From an uncultured Planctomycetaceae bacterium (GTDB lineage: Bacteria; Planctomycetota; Planctomycetia; Planctomycetales; Planctomycetaceae), in NCBI GenBank assembly GCA_963815195.1, contig CAWFGE010000006.1, positions 152,260-216,259 of the forward strand: a stretch of 64,000 nucleotides of DNA, given 5' to 3'. This document shows, in pieces, positions 29,729 to 40,177 of this stretch. Position 1 is the stretch's first letter. Each line of letters starts with the position of its first letter. The position numbers and the translations under genes are program-made. The notes beneath the pieces were generated by a model, which ran no database searches, was not told the DNA's origin, and saw only the letters and a list, made by a program, of their open reading frames with translations.

Positions 29729-30918
29729 TTTGCGGTTGTTTTCTTCGCCAAGTCGAGATGCGGTTTCAAATCGGCCGCTTCATCAACACACCCCTGTGCG
29801 GCCTCATAAGACAAAGGATGCGACCGCGTAAGATAACCCTGCACAATCTCAGCGACCAGGGACGCCGCTTCCGGCCTCGCCAAACTTCGCATCGCGTGGT
29901 GCATGGTCGCACGGCGATCGGGCTGCGTCAATAACGGGCTGAGAGCTTCCGCCAGGACATCCGCCGTTTGCGCGGGTTCGCCGGATTGCTCAACCAACAC
30001 CGCGCCGCTTCCGTCGGCGTAATACTCCGCATTCCGCTGTTGATGATTGCGGATCGAACCGGGGTACGGAATCAAAACCGCCGGCAGTCCATGCACCGCA
30101 AGTTCCGCCAGCGTCGTTCCGCCCGCGCGGGAGATCACAAGATCGGCTTCTTGATAACGAACGTCCATATTCTCAAAAAACGCGTCACAAACCGGCTCGA
30201 TGTCCAGTTTTGCATAGGCCTGTTTCACCCACTCCACTTGCTGGACGCCGGCTTGATGCACGATTCGCCAGCCGCGGACCGCGTCTTGCAAATTCGCCAA
30301 CGCTTGGACCGTCGCTTCATTGACGCCCACGGCCCCTTGACTGCCACCCAGCACGAGCAACGTGGGAACCGCATCCGGTCCGCGCGACGCACTTTTCGAT
30401 GAATCCACAATTTCGCGGCGAAGCGGATTTCCCGTCACCACGGCTTTATCAAGGCCCTGCCGATGGGGCAAAGGCGTGTCCGGGAACGACAAGCAGATTC
30501 GATCGGCAAACCTGAGCAGCCAATGATTGGCCCTGCCCAGCACGGCGTTCTGTTCCAACAGGACAATCGGAATCCCGGATCGCCACGCCGCCAGCACCGT
30601 CGGCACGCTGGCAAATCCGCCCAGCCCCACGACCACGCTCGGAGATGTTCGCTCGATCAACGATCGTGCGGATCGATAAGCCCTATAGTTTGAAACCACC
30701 GCCGACCAGGGCGATTTCAGAAACGCCGTCGAGGGCCGAAAGGGCAACGCGACTTGCTCGAGTTGGTACTGGTCAAGAATGTGATTTTCTATCGCACGAT
30801 CCGAGCCGACAAAGATGGAGCGAGAGGCAAAATCCTGCCGCGCCAGTTCATAGGCGACCGCCACACCCGGAAAGAGATGTCCGCCGCTCCCGCCGCCGGC
30901 AAATAAAACAGTGCCCAT
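29725..30918 (-). CDS. murG: UDP-GlcNAc:lipid I transferase
   Basis: GGGSGGHLFP, GLGGFAS, EQNAVLGRAN, TGNP, GGSQGA, RAGGTT.AE, HQQRNA. Confidence 0.95.
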   Translation of the reverse strand: MGTVLFAGGGSGGHLFPGVAVAYELARQDFASRSIFVGSDRAIENHILDQYQLEQVALPFRPSTAFLKSPWSAVVSNYRAYRSARSLIERTSPSVVVGLGGFASVPTVLAAWRSGIPIVLLEQNAVLGRANHWLLRFADRICLSFPDTPLPHRQGLDKAVVTGNPLRREIVDSSKSASRGPDAVPTLLVLGGSQGAVGVNEATVQALANLQDAVRGWRIVHQAGVQQVEWVKQAYAKLDIEPVCDAFFENMDVRYQEADLVISRAGGTTLAELAVHGLPAVLIPYPGSIRNHQQRNAEYYADGSGAVLVEQSGEPAQTADVLAEALSPLLTQPDRRATMHHAMRSLARPEAASLVAEIVQGYLTRSHPLSYEAAQGCVDEAADLKPHLDLAKKTTAK

Positions 30919-30990
30919 CTTGGCGACACCTCGATGAAAGACAGAGAACTCCGCTCGTGCTGCGTCAAACCAAAAACGTGGGACCGAACA

Positions 30991-31071
30991 AATCAGCCGC
31001 AGGGCGCTAGCCCCGGTTCATTCCGTTCATTCCTGAGCCAACCGGACGCTAGCGCCTTCTTTCGGGTGATT
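30991..31071. repeat. REP-like inverted repeat (family C) overlapping the ftsW 3' end
   Basis: aatcagccgcagggcgctagccccggtt / aaccggacgctagcgccttctttcgggtgatt; related element at 36918-36990. Confidence 0.75.
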
Positions 31072-32166
31072 GGATACTGCGTTGGAACCGCCATCTGAGG
31101 AAAGCCCTAAAACAATGCCGATCCCCGCCAGACTCACGATGAGATTGCTCCCGCCATAACTAAGAAACGGATGCGAGATCCCCTTGGGCGGCAAGACCGC
31201 CGTCACGACCGCCGTGTTAATCGCCGCTTGAAGCACAAGTTCGAAAAGCAAAGTCAATCCGACGATATATTGATAACTGCCTCGGTCCTGCCGGCGAAGA
31301 ACAGAATAGCCCGCCAACAGCAAACAGCACCAGATCCCGACAAGGCACAGGGTTCCTAAGAGTCCGAGTTCCTCCCCGACGACGGAAAACACAAAGTCGG
31401 TATTGGCCTCCGGGAGAAAGCTCAGCTTCTGCCAGCCCCTGCCGACGCCCACCCCGTCCACGCCCCCCGCGCCGAGTGTCAGCAGCGATTGCCGGATTTG
31501 ATAGGGGGCCTGGTTGACATCCCGCCAGGTGTCAAGAAACCCCTGGATCCGTGACAGTTGATAGGGCCGCATACTAAATACTAGCCCAGCGCAAGGCGCC
31601 GCAGCCGCCAGACCGATGACATAATTCCTGAAAGGCCAGCCGCCCAGCCAAAGGAGCAAAGCCCCGGTGATACTTAAGAACAAGGTTGTTCCCAAATCGG
31701 GTTCCACAAGGACCAAAGGGGCGAGTAGCAAAAGCGGGGCAAGCAAGGGAGCCGTGCCCCAAAACCAATGCCGGATCGATGGCCGGTATTGAATCAGAAT
31801 GCGGCCCATAAACAAGGGCAATGTAATCTTCGCAATTTCCGAGGGCTGAACGGAAATCCCGCCCGCGCGCAACCACCGCCGGGCGCCATTGACTTGCGTC
31901 CCGATCCCCGGCACAAGAACCAGGATCAACAAAACCAATGTTAGAACGAACAAATAGGGCGAAACCGCCCGCCAAAACCGCGGCGGACACAGCGAGCACA
32001 TACCGCCGATGCCCGCCGCAAGAACCAGGAACACGGCGTGCCGGGTCAAATAGACTTGCTCGAAGGTGTTCGGCCAGGATGTGATGCTGGCGCTATGGAC
32101 CATGATCAGCCCAAAGCCCACCAACACACCGGTCAAGGAAATGAACAAGCCTTTGCTCGAATGCAC
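31027..32166 (-). CDS. ftsW: SEDS-family peptidoglycan glycosyltransferase
   Basis: NGARRW, QPSEIAK, EPDLGT, LPEANTDF, PFLSYGGS; directly upstream of murG. Confidence 0.92.
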   Translation of the reverse strand: MHSSKGLFISLTGVLVGFGLIMVHSASITSWPNTFEQVYLTRHAVFLVLAAGIGGMCSLCPPRFWRAVSPYLFVLTLVLLILVLVPGIGTQVNGARRWLRAGGISVQPSEIAKITLPLFMGRILIQYRPSIRHWFWGTAPLLAPLLLLAPLVLVEPDLGTTLFLSITGALLLWLGGWPFRNYVIGLAAAAPCAGLVFSMRPYQLSRIQGFLDTWRDVNQAPYQIRQSLLTLGAGGVDGVGVGRGWQKLSFLPEANTDFVFSVVGEELGLLGTLCLVGIWCCLLLAGYSVLRRQDRGSYQYIVGLTLLFELVLQAAINTAVVTAVLPPKGISHPFLSYGGSNLIVSLAGIGIVLGLSSDGGSNAVSNHPKEGASVRLAQE

Positions 32167-32321
32167 GTTTGGAGAATCCTCGATGTCGAGTCCGTGGAAA
32201 AGGGCGGGAGCCGATCCCGCTGAATTGCTTCAGCTGGATCGGCTCCCCAAATCCCTCTCTCCCTAACGCTTCATCAAATCTTCAGTGTTTTCAACTTTAT
32301 GTTTTGGATGCCAATTAAAAG

Positions 32322-33425
32322 TCAACGGATTTTCAAACTGGCGATCGCCATGATGGACAGTAAGGCTGAACCGATCCAAAACCGCACAACGATTTTCATT
32401 TCGTGCTGTCCTTTGAACAAATAGTGGTTGTGCAAAGGGCTGCAGGCGATCAACCGTTTCTTGGTGAGACGAAACCAGCCGACTTGCATAATCACGCTGA
32501 TTGCCTCTAGAACAAAAATCCCTCCACAGACCACAAGCAGCATTTCATGCCGAGAGGCTAACGCCCCGAAAGCCAACAGTGCGCCGAGCGACAGCGAACC
32601 GGTGTCTCCCATAAAGACTTCCGCGGGATAACAGTTAAACCACAGAAATCCCAGCATCGCTCCGACCATCGCACCTAATACGACCGCCAATTCCCCGCAC
32701 CCGTTGACATAAGGAATACTCAAGTAACCCGCGAGAGCATGGTGCCCCGTGATATAGGTCAGACCCACAAAGGTGAGCCCCGCGAAGATTAAACATCCCC
32801 CGGCCAGACCGTCCAGGCCATCTGTGAGGTTGACGGCGTTCAAAGCGCCGACAATGACAAAGGCGGACCAGACAATTGATAGGATTCCCAAGGAAATTAC
32901 GTAATTGCCGACCGGCCAGACGATTCCCAGCGGTTCTTCGTTATAAGTTTGGAGCTGATAGAGCCCCGCGGCCGTCAGGCATGATAAACCGATTTGCCAA
33001 AACAACTTCTGCCGAGATGTTAAACCGTTTCGTGTTGTACTGAGTTTGATCCAATCGTCAAGAGCGCCTAAGCAGGCAAAAGCGATCACGACGAACAACG
33101 CAAGTTGAATGAAATGGTTGGCCAGGTTTGCCCAGAGAAAGGTTGCAATGACAATGGCGGCGACGATAAACATTCCACCCATGGTGGGCGTGGAGGCTTT
33201 GGGCGCTTGAATTTGATTCAACCGTTCCGAGGCGCTGTCGATACGTTCTTGAAATCGGCGTTTCAGCCAGGAGATCGCGATCGGGCCCAATCCAATGGCC
33301 AGCAGGAATGACGTCACGCTCGCGAGGGCAATCCTGGCGGTGAGGAACACTCTCGAATCGCCGGTCGAGTGGTTGGCCACCTGCCGGAAGAGCGATCCAA
33401 ATTCGCTAAGTAACCAGTAAATCAT
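32322..33425 (-). CDS. mraY: Phospho-N-acetylmuramoyl-pentapeptide transferase
   Basis: TPTMGG, LDDWIK, NAVNLTDGLDGLA, VFMGDTGS, PLHNHY. Confidence 0.96.
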   Translation of the reverse strand: MIYWLLSEFGSLFRQVANHSTGDSRVFLTARIALASVTSFLLAIGLGPIAISWLKRRFQERIDSASERLNQIQAPKASTPTMGGMFIVAAIVIATFLWANLANHFIQLALFVVIAFACLGALDDWIKLSTTRNGLTSRQKLFWQIGLSCLTAAGLYQLQTYNEEPLGIVWPVGNYVISLGILSIVWSAFVIVGALNAVNLTDGLDGLAGGCLIFAGLTFVGLTYITGHHALAGYLSIPYVNGCGELAVVLGAMVGAMLGFLWFNCYPAEVFMGDTGSLSLGALLAFGALASRHEMLLVVCGGIFVLEAISVIMQVGWFRLTKKRLIACSPLHNHYLFKGQHEMKIVVRFWIGSALLSIMAIASLKIR

Positions 33426-33484
33426 TTGTGGAACAACAGGTGCGGGATGAAATCGGTGGAACGTCGGAATAGGGTCTTGTATCT

Positions 33485-33516
33485 CCGGGTGCCGGGGAAG
33501 GTTCCCCGGCACCCGG
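33485..33516. repeat. Perfect GC-rich hairpin between murF and mraY
   Basis: ccgggtgccggggaa-gg-ttccccggcacccgg. Confidence 0.8.
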
Positions 33517-33722
33517 TCGTTTCGGTTCTGTTGTTAAGCGGCCGATGGAGTGATTGACCCAGAAATCACTAAATCCATTGCCTCAATGCTTGCGGCTGGC
33601 AAGCCAGCGCCACGTCGGATCCCCGCAAACCCAAACGCAAACAACAAAACCGACAAGTTAGATTCCTTAATCGGTATGACAGATGCTAACGCGATCCGCT
33701 TTTTAGTGAACGACGACAGAGT

Positions 33723-35129
33723 TTATGCGGCGGTTTCGATTTTTGTTTCTCGTTTTGTGTTTTGTGTTTTAAGTCCTTCGGCGACGCGCTCCATCTGCAT
33801 TCCACGAGAACCTTTAATAAGAACGACATCGCCGGTGTTGAGTTGATCTTGAAGCGTCTCTAGGATTTCGTCGTGTTTCTCGAACTTCAAAACGGTTGTT
33901 TTACTGGGTTTAGTCCGGCTTGCTCCGAGGTGGACCTGTTCCGCGTACCTCCCCAAAACGTAGAGAAAATCGATCTGAAGGGAGGCGGCGAGTTCGCCGA
34001 GTTGCTCGTGGTGACCGGCGGATTCGCCGCCCAATTCCAACATGTCTCCTAGCACAAAAAATCGTCGCCCGGCTGTGTTCCAGGCGGCCAGCATTTCGCA
34101 GGCGGCCCGGCAGGAATCCGGATTGGCATTATATGTATCGTTGATGATTGTCCAAGGACGAAATTGCTCAACCTGGCAGCGGCCGGCGACGGGCTGGAAC
34201 TCGGCAAAACCTTGCTGAATTTCCTCCGGCGTATAGCCTAATTCCGTTCCGACGGCAATCGCGAACAGCGCTGCGGTTACGAAATGCCGTCCCGCGACCG
34301 GGAGTTGAAAACAATGATTGTGAACTTGGAAACAAACAGCAGGATTTGAAGATTCGATGTGAGTGGCTTGATAGGTGTTTCCTGGACCTCGGCCGACCGT
34401 GATGGTCCGGCACTGGGCCCGCTCCTCAAGTTGGCTTCGCCAAGGGCTGTCGCCGGGAAGGATGGCCAGGCCGTCCTCCGGCAGTCCCGCGAAGAGGTCG
34501 CCTTTAGTTTGTACGATTTGCTCGACGTTTTGAAAACCTGCGATATGCGCCGGGCCGACGCCCGTGATGATTCCGATTTGAGGCGAAGTGATCTCGGCTA
34601 AAGGGGCGATGTCGCCCGGTTTCCCGGCTCCCATTTCCACGATGAGAAACTGATGGTGTTGTTCAATATCGAGGAGGGTCAGGGGAACGCCGATCTCGTT
34701 GTTATAGTTGTGCTGGTTTCGCAGTCCTTGATGTCGGGTTTGTAACACTCGATAGATCAGTTCGCGAGTCGTTGTTTTTCCGTAACTTCCGGTAACGCCG
34801 ATCGCCTGGATGTCAAATTGTGCTCGATGCCATTTCGCGAGATTCTGAAGTGCGGTGCTGGTATCTGGAACATGGATGAGGGGACGTGCCGGGTTCGCGG
34901 CGATTCGATCGTCGTGATTGACGATGCAGGCGGAAGCGCCCTTTTCGATGGCGTCTTGGACAAAGTTGTGGCCGTCGTGGTTTGATCCTCGAATTGCCCA
35001 GTAGACTTCGCTGGGCTGGAGTCTTCGAGTATCAATGCTGATTTTCGAGATATGAGTCGGTAAGTTGGCTTCGGAATCGGTTTGGCCGTTGATGGCTTCG
35101 AGAAAGGTCGATAAAGGAACCGCATTCAT
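33723..35129 (-). CDS. murF: UDP-MurNAc-tripeptide--D-Ala-D-Ala ligase
   Basis: IDTR, DGHNF, TGSYGKTTT, NNEIGVP, EMGA, DTYNANP, GDMLELG, KGSRGM. Confidence 0.96.
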   Translation of the reverse strand: MNAVPLSTFLEAINGQTDSEANLPTHISKISIDTRRLQPSEVYWAIRGSNHDGHNFVQDAIEKGASACIVNHDDRIAANPARPLIHVPDTSTALQNLAKWHRAQFDIQAIGVTGSYGKTTTRELIYRVLQTRHQGLRNQHNYNNEIGVPLTLLDIEQHHQFLIVEMGAGKPGDIAPLAEITSPQIGIITGVGPAHIAGFQNVEQIVQTKGDLFAGLPEDGLAILPGDSPWRSQLEERAQCRTITVGRGPGNTYQATHIESSNPAVCFQVHNHCFQLPVAGRHFVTAALFAIAVGTELGYTPEEIQQGFAEFQPVAGRCQVEQFRPWTIINDTYNANPDSCRAACEMLAAWNTAGRRFFVLGDMLELGGESAGHHEQLGELAASLQIDFLYVLGRYAEQVHLGASRTKPSKTTVLKFEKHDEILETLQDQLNTGDVVLIKGSRGMQMERVAEGLKTQNTKRETKIETAA

Positions 35130-35146
35130 GGGGTTGGTCGATCGTC

Positions 35147-36642
35147 TCAGGCGGAAATACGGATGGGCGGGTTCGCCAGGAGTTGGCGGATGACTTCTCG
35201 ATCGTCAAAGTCGAATCGTTGATCGCCTAGGATTTGATAGTCTTCGTGTCCCTTGCCGGCGACGAGGATGGTGTCGCCGGGTTCGGCGGATTCCAGGGCG
35301 AACTGGATTGCAAGTTTGCGATCCGGTTCGATCCGCACATCGGTTTTCATGTCCTGAAAGCCTATCAGGATGTCGTCAATAATCTGATGGGGGTCTTCGG
35401 AACGGGGATTGTCGTTCGTCAGGATGACCAGGTCCACACCCTGTGTTGCCGACGCGAACAGGGGCCGTTTCGTTCGATCCCGGTCGCCGCCGGCTCCGAA
35501 GACGCAAATCAACCGGTTCTCCGTCAAGGGTCTTAATGTTTCCACGCATCGCCTGAGCGCATCGTCGGTGTGGGCATAGTCCACAAAAACTCGATAGTCT
35601 TGTCCGGCCCTCACCGCTTCCATTCGTCCGGGGATGAATGGCAGTTGTTCCAGGCCTTTCGCGATGATGTCTGGGGAGATGCCCAGGTGATGGGCCGCCG
35701 CTGCGGCGGCCAGGCAGTTTTCGATGTTGTGTCTTCCGATCAGGTTGGTTCGGACGGGGATCGTTTGCCGGCGCAGGTGCAGCAGAAATCGGCTGCCCGC
35801 GAGGGACGTTTGGATCGACGTGGCCCGCACGTCGGCGGAGTCGCTCCATCCGTAGGAGATAATTCTTAGGGTCTCTGGAATGTTTGATTTGATGGACCAG
35901 GCGGTTTGATCGTCCCGATTGAGCACGACGGCCCCGTCGGTTTTCGCCTGTCGGATGATCCGGGCCTTGGCGTCCCGGTAGGATTCCAATGTTTTGTGAT
36001 AATCGAGATGATCGCGAGTGATGTTCGTGATGACCGCCACATCCAGTTCCACACCTTCGGTGCGGCCCTGGTGGATGGCGTGGCTTGATAGTTCAAACGC
36101 CGCGTGCGTGGTTTGGTTCTCGACCATCCGGCTGAGCCATTGCGCGAACGCGTGCGGATCGGGGGTGGTCAATCGGGCGGTCTCGGAGGAGAGGCCGTCA
36201 TGATATTCGATGGTGCCGAGAAGGCCGGCCTGATGGTTCGCCGCCCTGAGAATCGAGCGGACGAGATAGGTGGTTGTGGTTTTTCCGTTGGTGCCGGTGA
36301 CGCCCACGGTCTTCATGCGCGGCTGGGCATGCCGAACAGGGCCTGGCAAAGTTTGGCATACGCCGGCCGCACGTGCGGGACGACGCATTGAGGAACGGGA
36401 ACGTCCGGGTGAGGCCGCTCGCAAAGCAGCGATTTCGCTCCCTGCGAGACGGCTTCTTTTATAAACACGTTTCCGTCCACCCGGCTACCGGGTATGGCCG
36501 CGAACAGGCAGCCGTCCGTGCAATGCCGGCTTTGTTCCGACGCGGCCGTGACGGAAATGTCCGCACACCCCACGAAACTGGCGGAGGGAAACAGTTGTCG
36601 CAAACTCACGGGATGTCGATTTTTGAGATTGGGAACCCACAT
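35147..36642 (-). CDS. murE: UDP-MurNAc-dipeptide--diaminopimelate ligase (frameshift near 36320)
   Basis: LFAAIPGSRVDG in the 36313-36645 frame; GTNGKTT, ELSSH, DHLDYH, DYAHT, DNPR, AGKGHE in the 35147-36424 frame. Confidence 0.95.
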
Positions 36643-36917
36643 CAAACCCGACTCCGACCCGTGAAACCGTGTTGCTGATTTTTGAAGTTTTTAAGAGAGA
36701 AGCTGCTTTAGGAATTGTGCCTGGGAGTCTTAAAGGTTTTCCCTCAAAGGCGGGGGGATTTTCTCGATTCTCGCGAAATCGTCAAGCCGGTTTTGGCCAA
36801 ATTTCACTCGACTTGTAAACGTTACACGGATTGTCAAAGCCGCCTTCACTTGGCCCGCGAATTGCTTTCTGCGGACGGGCGGAAATCCTGAAGGGACGTG
36901 ATAAGGACTGGCGAAAC

Positions 36918-36990
36918 AATCAGCCGCTGGCGCGCCAGTCCGGTTTCGCCTGGGAAAAACGAAACCGCCGGCCAGCGCCCGGCGGCAGAT
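36918..36990. repeat. REP-like inverted repeat (family C)
   Basis: aatcagccgctggcgcgccagtccggtttcg / cgaaaccgccggccagcgcccggcggcagat. Confidence 0.65.
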
Positions 36991-37038
36991 GGATGCGACC
37001 GGCTCTAACGCGGCCGAGAATTCTGGAGTGAAGAAGCG

Positions 37039-38877
37039 TCAATACCTCGGCAAAGTCAAGACGCCGTCCCAGTCCGGTGGCGGTTCGTAGTCGTTTTGCG
37101 CGATGAAGATCAACAGAAAATCCTTGGCGCGGTCGTCGGGCGGCAGGTGGGACAGGTGCTTTAACGCGTCGGGCCAGCGGCCTTCGGTGACGGCATCCAC
37201 GGCGGCTTCGTATTCGGCGATGTGCTCGTCCGTCAGCGACGATCCTTGATGCACCGGCGGCAAGAGTTCCGAAATCACGGCAGGGGATTCCAGACCCGGC
37301 AACCGCACGCGGCCCAGCCGCCGGCATCGGCCCTCGTCCGGCGCAAGTTGTTCCCGCACGACTTCGGCCGCGGCTTCGTCGAGAATGATCGACGCCCGAA
37401 ACATTTTGGTCAATGATTCCAGCCGCGCGCCGCGTTCGACGACCGGACCAAACGCCCCGACCTTGGCGTGGTCTTCGGTCCCGATCTTTCCCGCGAGTGC
37501 CCGCCCGTGGGCGATGCCGACGCCGATCCTGAGGTCCGCGAGCGGCCCCGTGCCGACTTCGCGGGCTTTGCGAAATTCCTCCTGGATCAACAGGGCCGTG
37601 CGGCACGCGGGCAGCGGTCCGCCGGGGGCATCGAACGGCCAGCCCCAGAATCCGAGGGCCGAGTCGCCCTGGTAATCGCCCACCACGCCGTCGTAGCGGA
37701 AGATGCTTCGCGTCATCACGCCGAGGGCCCGGCTGACTTGATCGAGCAACTGAGGCAGCTTGTGCCGGGCCTGTTCGGCGCGGCGGGAGAAGCCGCGCAA
37801 ATCGCAGACCAGCACCGTGATGTCGCACTGCCGGGGCGAGAGCACGTGCGGATCGTGGGATTCATTGAGCCATTCCATGATGTTCGGCGAGAAGAAATGG
37901 CCGAGCACGCCTTGCTGCTGTTGGAGCAATCGCACCTGCCGCGTCGCCCCCACGAATTGGGCCAGAAGCTCGACGAACCGCACGTCCGGCTTGAGTTCGT
38001 CCAGGCTCACAATCGCCTGCCCGCCCATGGCAAATTTCCCGGTGACGTACAAGCACCACTCGCGTTGCCTGCGGTCCGGCACCGGCACGCAAATCGCCCA
38101 TTCCAGATTGAGCGAGTTCGTCGCCTCCTCGTCGCAGGCATCGAGATCGATGGGGAGGCCCCCCGCGTCGGCCCACTGCTGAACCCGGCTGGTGCCTTCC
38201 TTGAGGGCCGCGCGAACCAGCCGCCGGCTGGGGCGGAACTCTCCCTTGCCGTCGCGGAGGACACTGCGGACCAGGTCGAATTCCAACTCGCCGCTTTGCT
38301 CCGGCGTGCTGCAGCGGATTACCGCCGCGGCCTGCCCCAGCGGAATCGTCGGCAACAACAGCGCGACCAACTGCTTGGCGAACTCCGCATCCGTCCGCGA
38401 CTCGGCCAGGAGCTTGGGCAGCTTCGAGAAGACTTCCATGCGGTCGCCGGCGTTGCCGAACTCGGCGGCGCGGAGTTCCTCCAGCGAATACACCCGCTCG
38501 GTGAGCGAGGTGGGATCGATGTCGGATTGCGAGTCGCGGGCGATGGGGTCGATCGTGTCTTCCTCCGCCTCGAAACGGAACAGCGTCGAGCCGATGCGAA
38601 ACAGCCCGCCCGCCGGCAGCGTGAATTGATACTCTTGGGCGATATTCTCCACATAGATCGGATTCCGGCTGCGGGGCAGACGGCGAATTTCGAGGCCGCC
38701 GCCCCGGTACACGACCTCGGCGTGGCTCCGCGAGATCAGCCGGTCCCACGGAATCGCCCAGCCCGTTTCGCCCGGCTCGACTTCCGGCGCACGGCCCACC
38801 CGCACGAACTGGCCTTCGCATAATTCCAATCGCAAGAATTGGGAGGATTCGGCTCCCTCGGCAATCAATTCGGCCAA
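37039..38877 (-). CDS. FHA-domain class III adenylate/guanylate cyclase
   Basis: VGR...ISRSHA..N (FHA); LVCDLRGFS, GDYQGDSALGFWG, GVGIAHG. Confidence 0.9.
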   Translation of the reverse strand: MAELIAEGAESSQFLRLELCEGQFVRVGRAPEVEPGETGWAIPWDRLISRSHAEVVYRGGGLEIRRLPRSRNPIYVENIAQEYQFTLPAGGLFRIGSTLFRFEAEEDTIDPIARDSQSDIDPTSLTERVYSLEELRAAEFGNAGDRMEVFSKLPKLLAESRTDAEFAKQLVALLLPTIPLGQAAAVIRCSTPEQSGELEFDLVRSVLRDGKGEFRPSRRLVRAALKEGTSRVQQWADAGGLPIDLDACDEEATNSLNLEWAICVPVPDRRQREWCLYVTGKFAMGGQAIVSLDELKPDVRFVELLAQFVGATRQVRLLQQQQGVLGHFFSPNIMEWLNESHDPHVLSPRQCDITVLVCDLRGFSRRAEQARHKLPQLLDQVSRALGVMTRSIFRYDGVVGDYQGDSALGFWGWPFDAPGGPLPACRTALLIQEEFRKAREVGTGPLADLRIGVGIAHGRALAGKIGTEDHAKVGAFGPVVERGARLESLTKMFRASIILDEAAAEVVREQLAPDEGRCRRLGRVRLPGLESPAVISELLPPVHQGSSLTDEHIAEYEAAVDAVTEGRWPDALKHLSHLPPDDRAKDFLLIFIAQNDYEPPPDWDGVLTLPRY

Positions 38878-39096
38878 CCGAGTTCGTTCCTTGGTGAATG
38901 CGACAACCGCAAGATGTGGGCCCGCGGCGGGATGATGGGAAACGCGGCGGGCGAAACTCCGAAAACCTCCGGCAAACTTCGCTCTCCGCGCTGGCTCAGC
39001 CTCCGCAACTTCCTAGAATGTACCGGAAAAAAGAACACCCAATCAAGTGGCTTTTCGCCGCAGTTTCCTCAACATCCCGCGAAAGCACGATCCGCG

Positions 39097-40146
39097 ATGT
39101 CTCCAGCAAGTGAGTTCACGATCCAAGACGCCGGGCGTTTTGCCCGGCTCGCGCTCGACTGCGTGGATCGCGAGTACCCCAACCACATCGTGCATCTCTT
39201 GGAAACAAACGAGGATGCGCGGCCGCCCCGCGAATTGACGCCGGTGTTCTTCGGCTGCTTCGATTGGCATTCGGCGGTGCATGGGCATTGGACCCTGGTG
39301 CGGTCGCTGCGGTTGTTCCCCGATGCCGAATGGGCCGGGGAAACGCGTGCCCGTTTGAACGCCCACTTCACCGACGAACCCATCGCGGGAGAACAGAAGT
39401 ATCTAAGCTGTCCAAAGCGTGCCGGCTTTGAGCGGCCTTACGGTTTGGCATGGCTGTTGCAACTCGCGGCCGAGTGCCGGGAATGGAACGATCCCGACGC
39501 CCAGACCTGGGCCGAGCGATTGGCCGTTTTGGAGAACGTGGCCGTGGGGCGGTTCACGGATTGGCTGCCGAAGCTCACGCACCCCGTCCGGTCGGGCGAG
39601 CACAGCCAAACCGCGTTCGCCCTGGGGCTCGTTTACGATTGGGCGCTCGAAGCCCAAAACACCGAGGTGCAGGAACTCATCGCGGCACGGGTCCGGGCGT
39701 TCTATCAAAACGACCGGAACGTCCCGATCGCCTATGAACCCTCCGGCCATGATTTCCTCTCGCCCGCTTTGGCCGAGGCCGACCTGTTGCGAAGAATCCT
39801 CCCGCCCGCCGAGTTCGCGGAATGGCTGACGGGGTTTCTTCCGCAACTCTCCGAGCCGGTTGGTGACGACTGGCTGACGCCGGTCGCGGTTTCAGATCCC
39901 AGCGATGGGAAGCTGGCTCATCTCGATGGACTCAACCTCAGCCGGGCCTGGATGCTCGAAGCCATCGCCCACGGCTTGCCTCAAAAAGATCCGCGCAGCG
40001 GATTCCTGGAGGCCGCGGCCGATCGCCATCGAATGGCGGGCGTCGAGGCGGTCACTGGCAAACATTACGCGGGCGGCCATTGGCTCGGCACCTTCGCGGT
40101 TTACCTCCTCACAAAACGCGGCTTAAAGATGGACCGCGACTCTTGA
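39097..40146 (+). CDS. DUF2891 family protein
   Basis: EYPN, FFGCFDWHSAVHGHW, FERPYGLAWLL, HLDGLNLSRAW, GHWLGTFA. Confidence 0.88.
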   Translation: MSPASEFTIQDAGRFARLALDCVDREYPNHIVHLLETNEDARPPRELTPVFFGCFDWHSAVHGHWTLVRSLRLFPDAEWAGETRARLNAHFTDEPIAGEQKYLSCPKRAGFERPYGLAWLLQLAAECREWNDPDAQTWAERLAVLENVAVGRFTDWLPKLTHPVRSGEHSQTAFALGLVYDWALEAQNTEVQELIAARVRAFYQNDRNVPIAYEPSGHDFLSPALAEADLLRRILPPAEFAEWLTGFLPQLSEPVGDDWLTPVAVSDPSDGKLAHLDGLNLSRAWMLEAIAHGLPQKDPRSGFLEAAADRHRMAGVEAVTGKHYAGGHWLGTFAVYLLTKRGLKMDRDS

Positions 40147-40177
40147 ACAACGACTCGAACACAAGGATCAACTCGGC

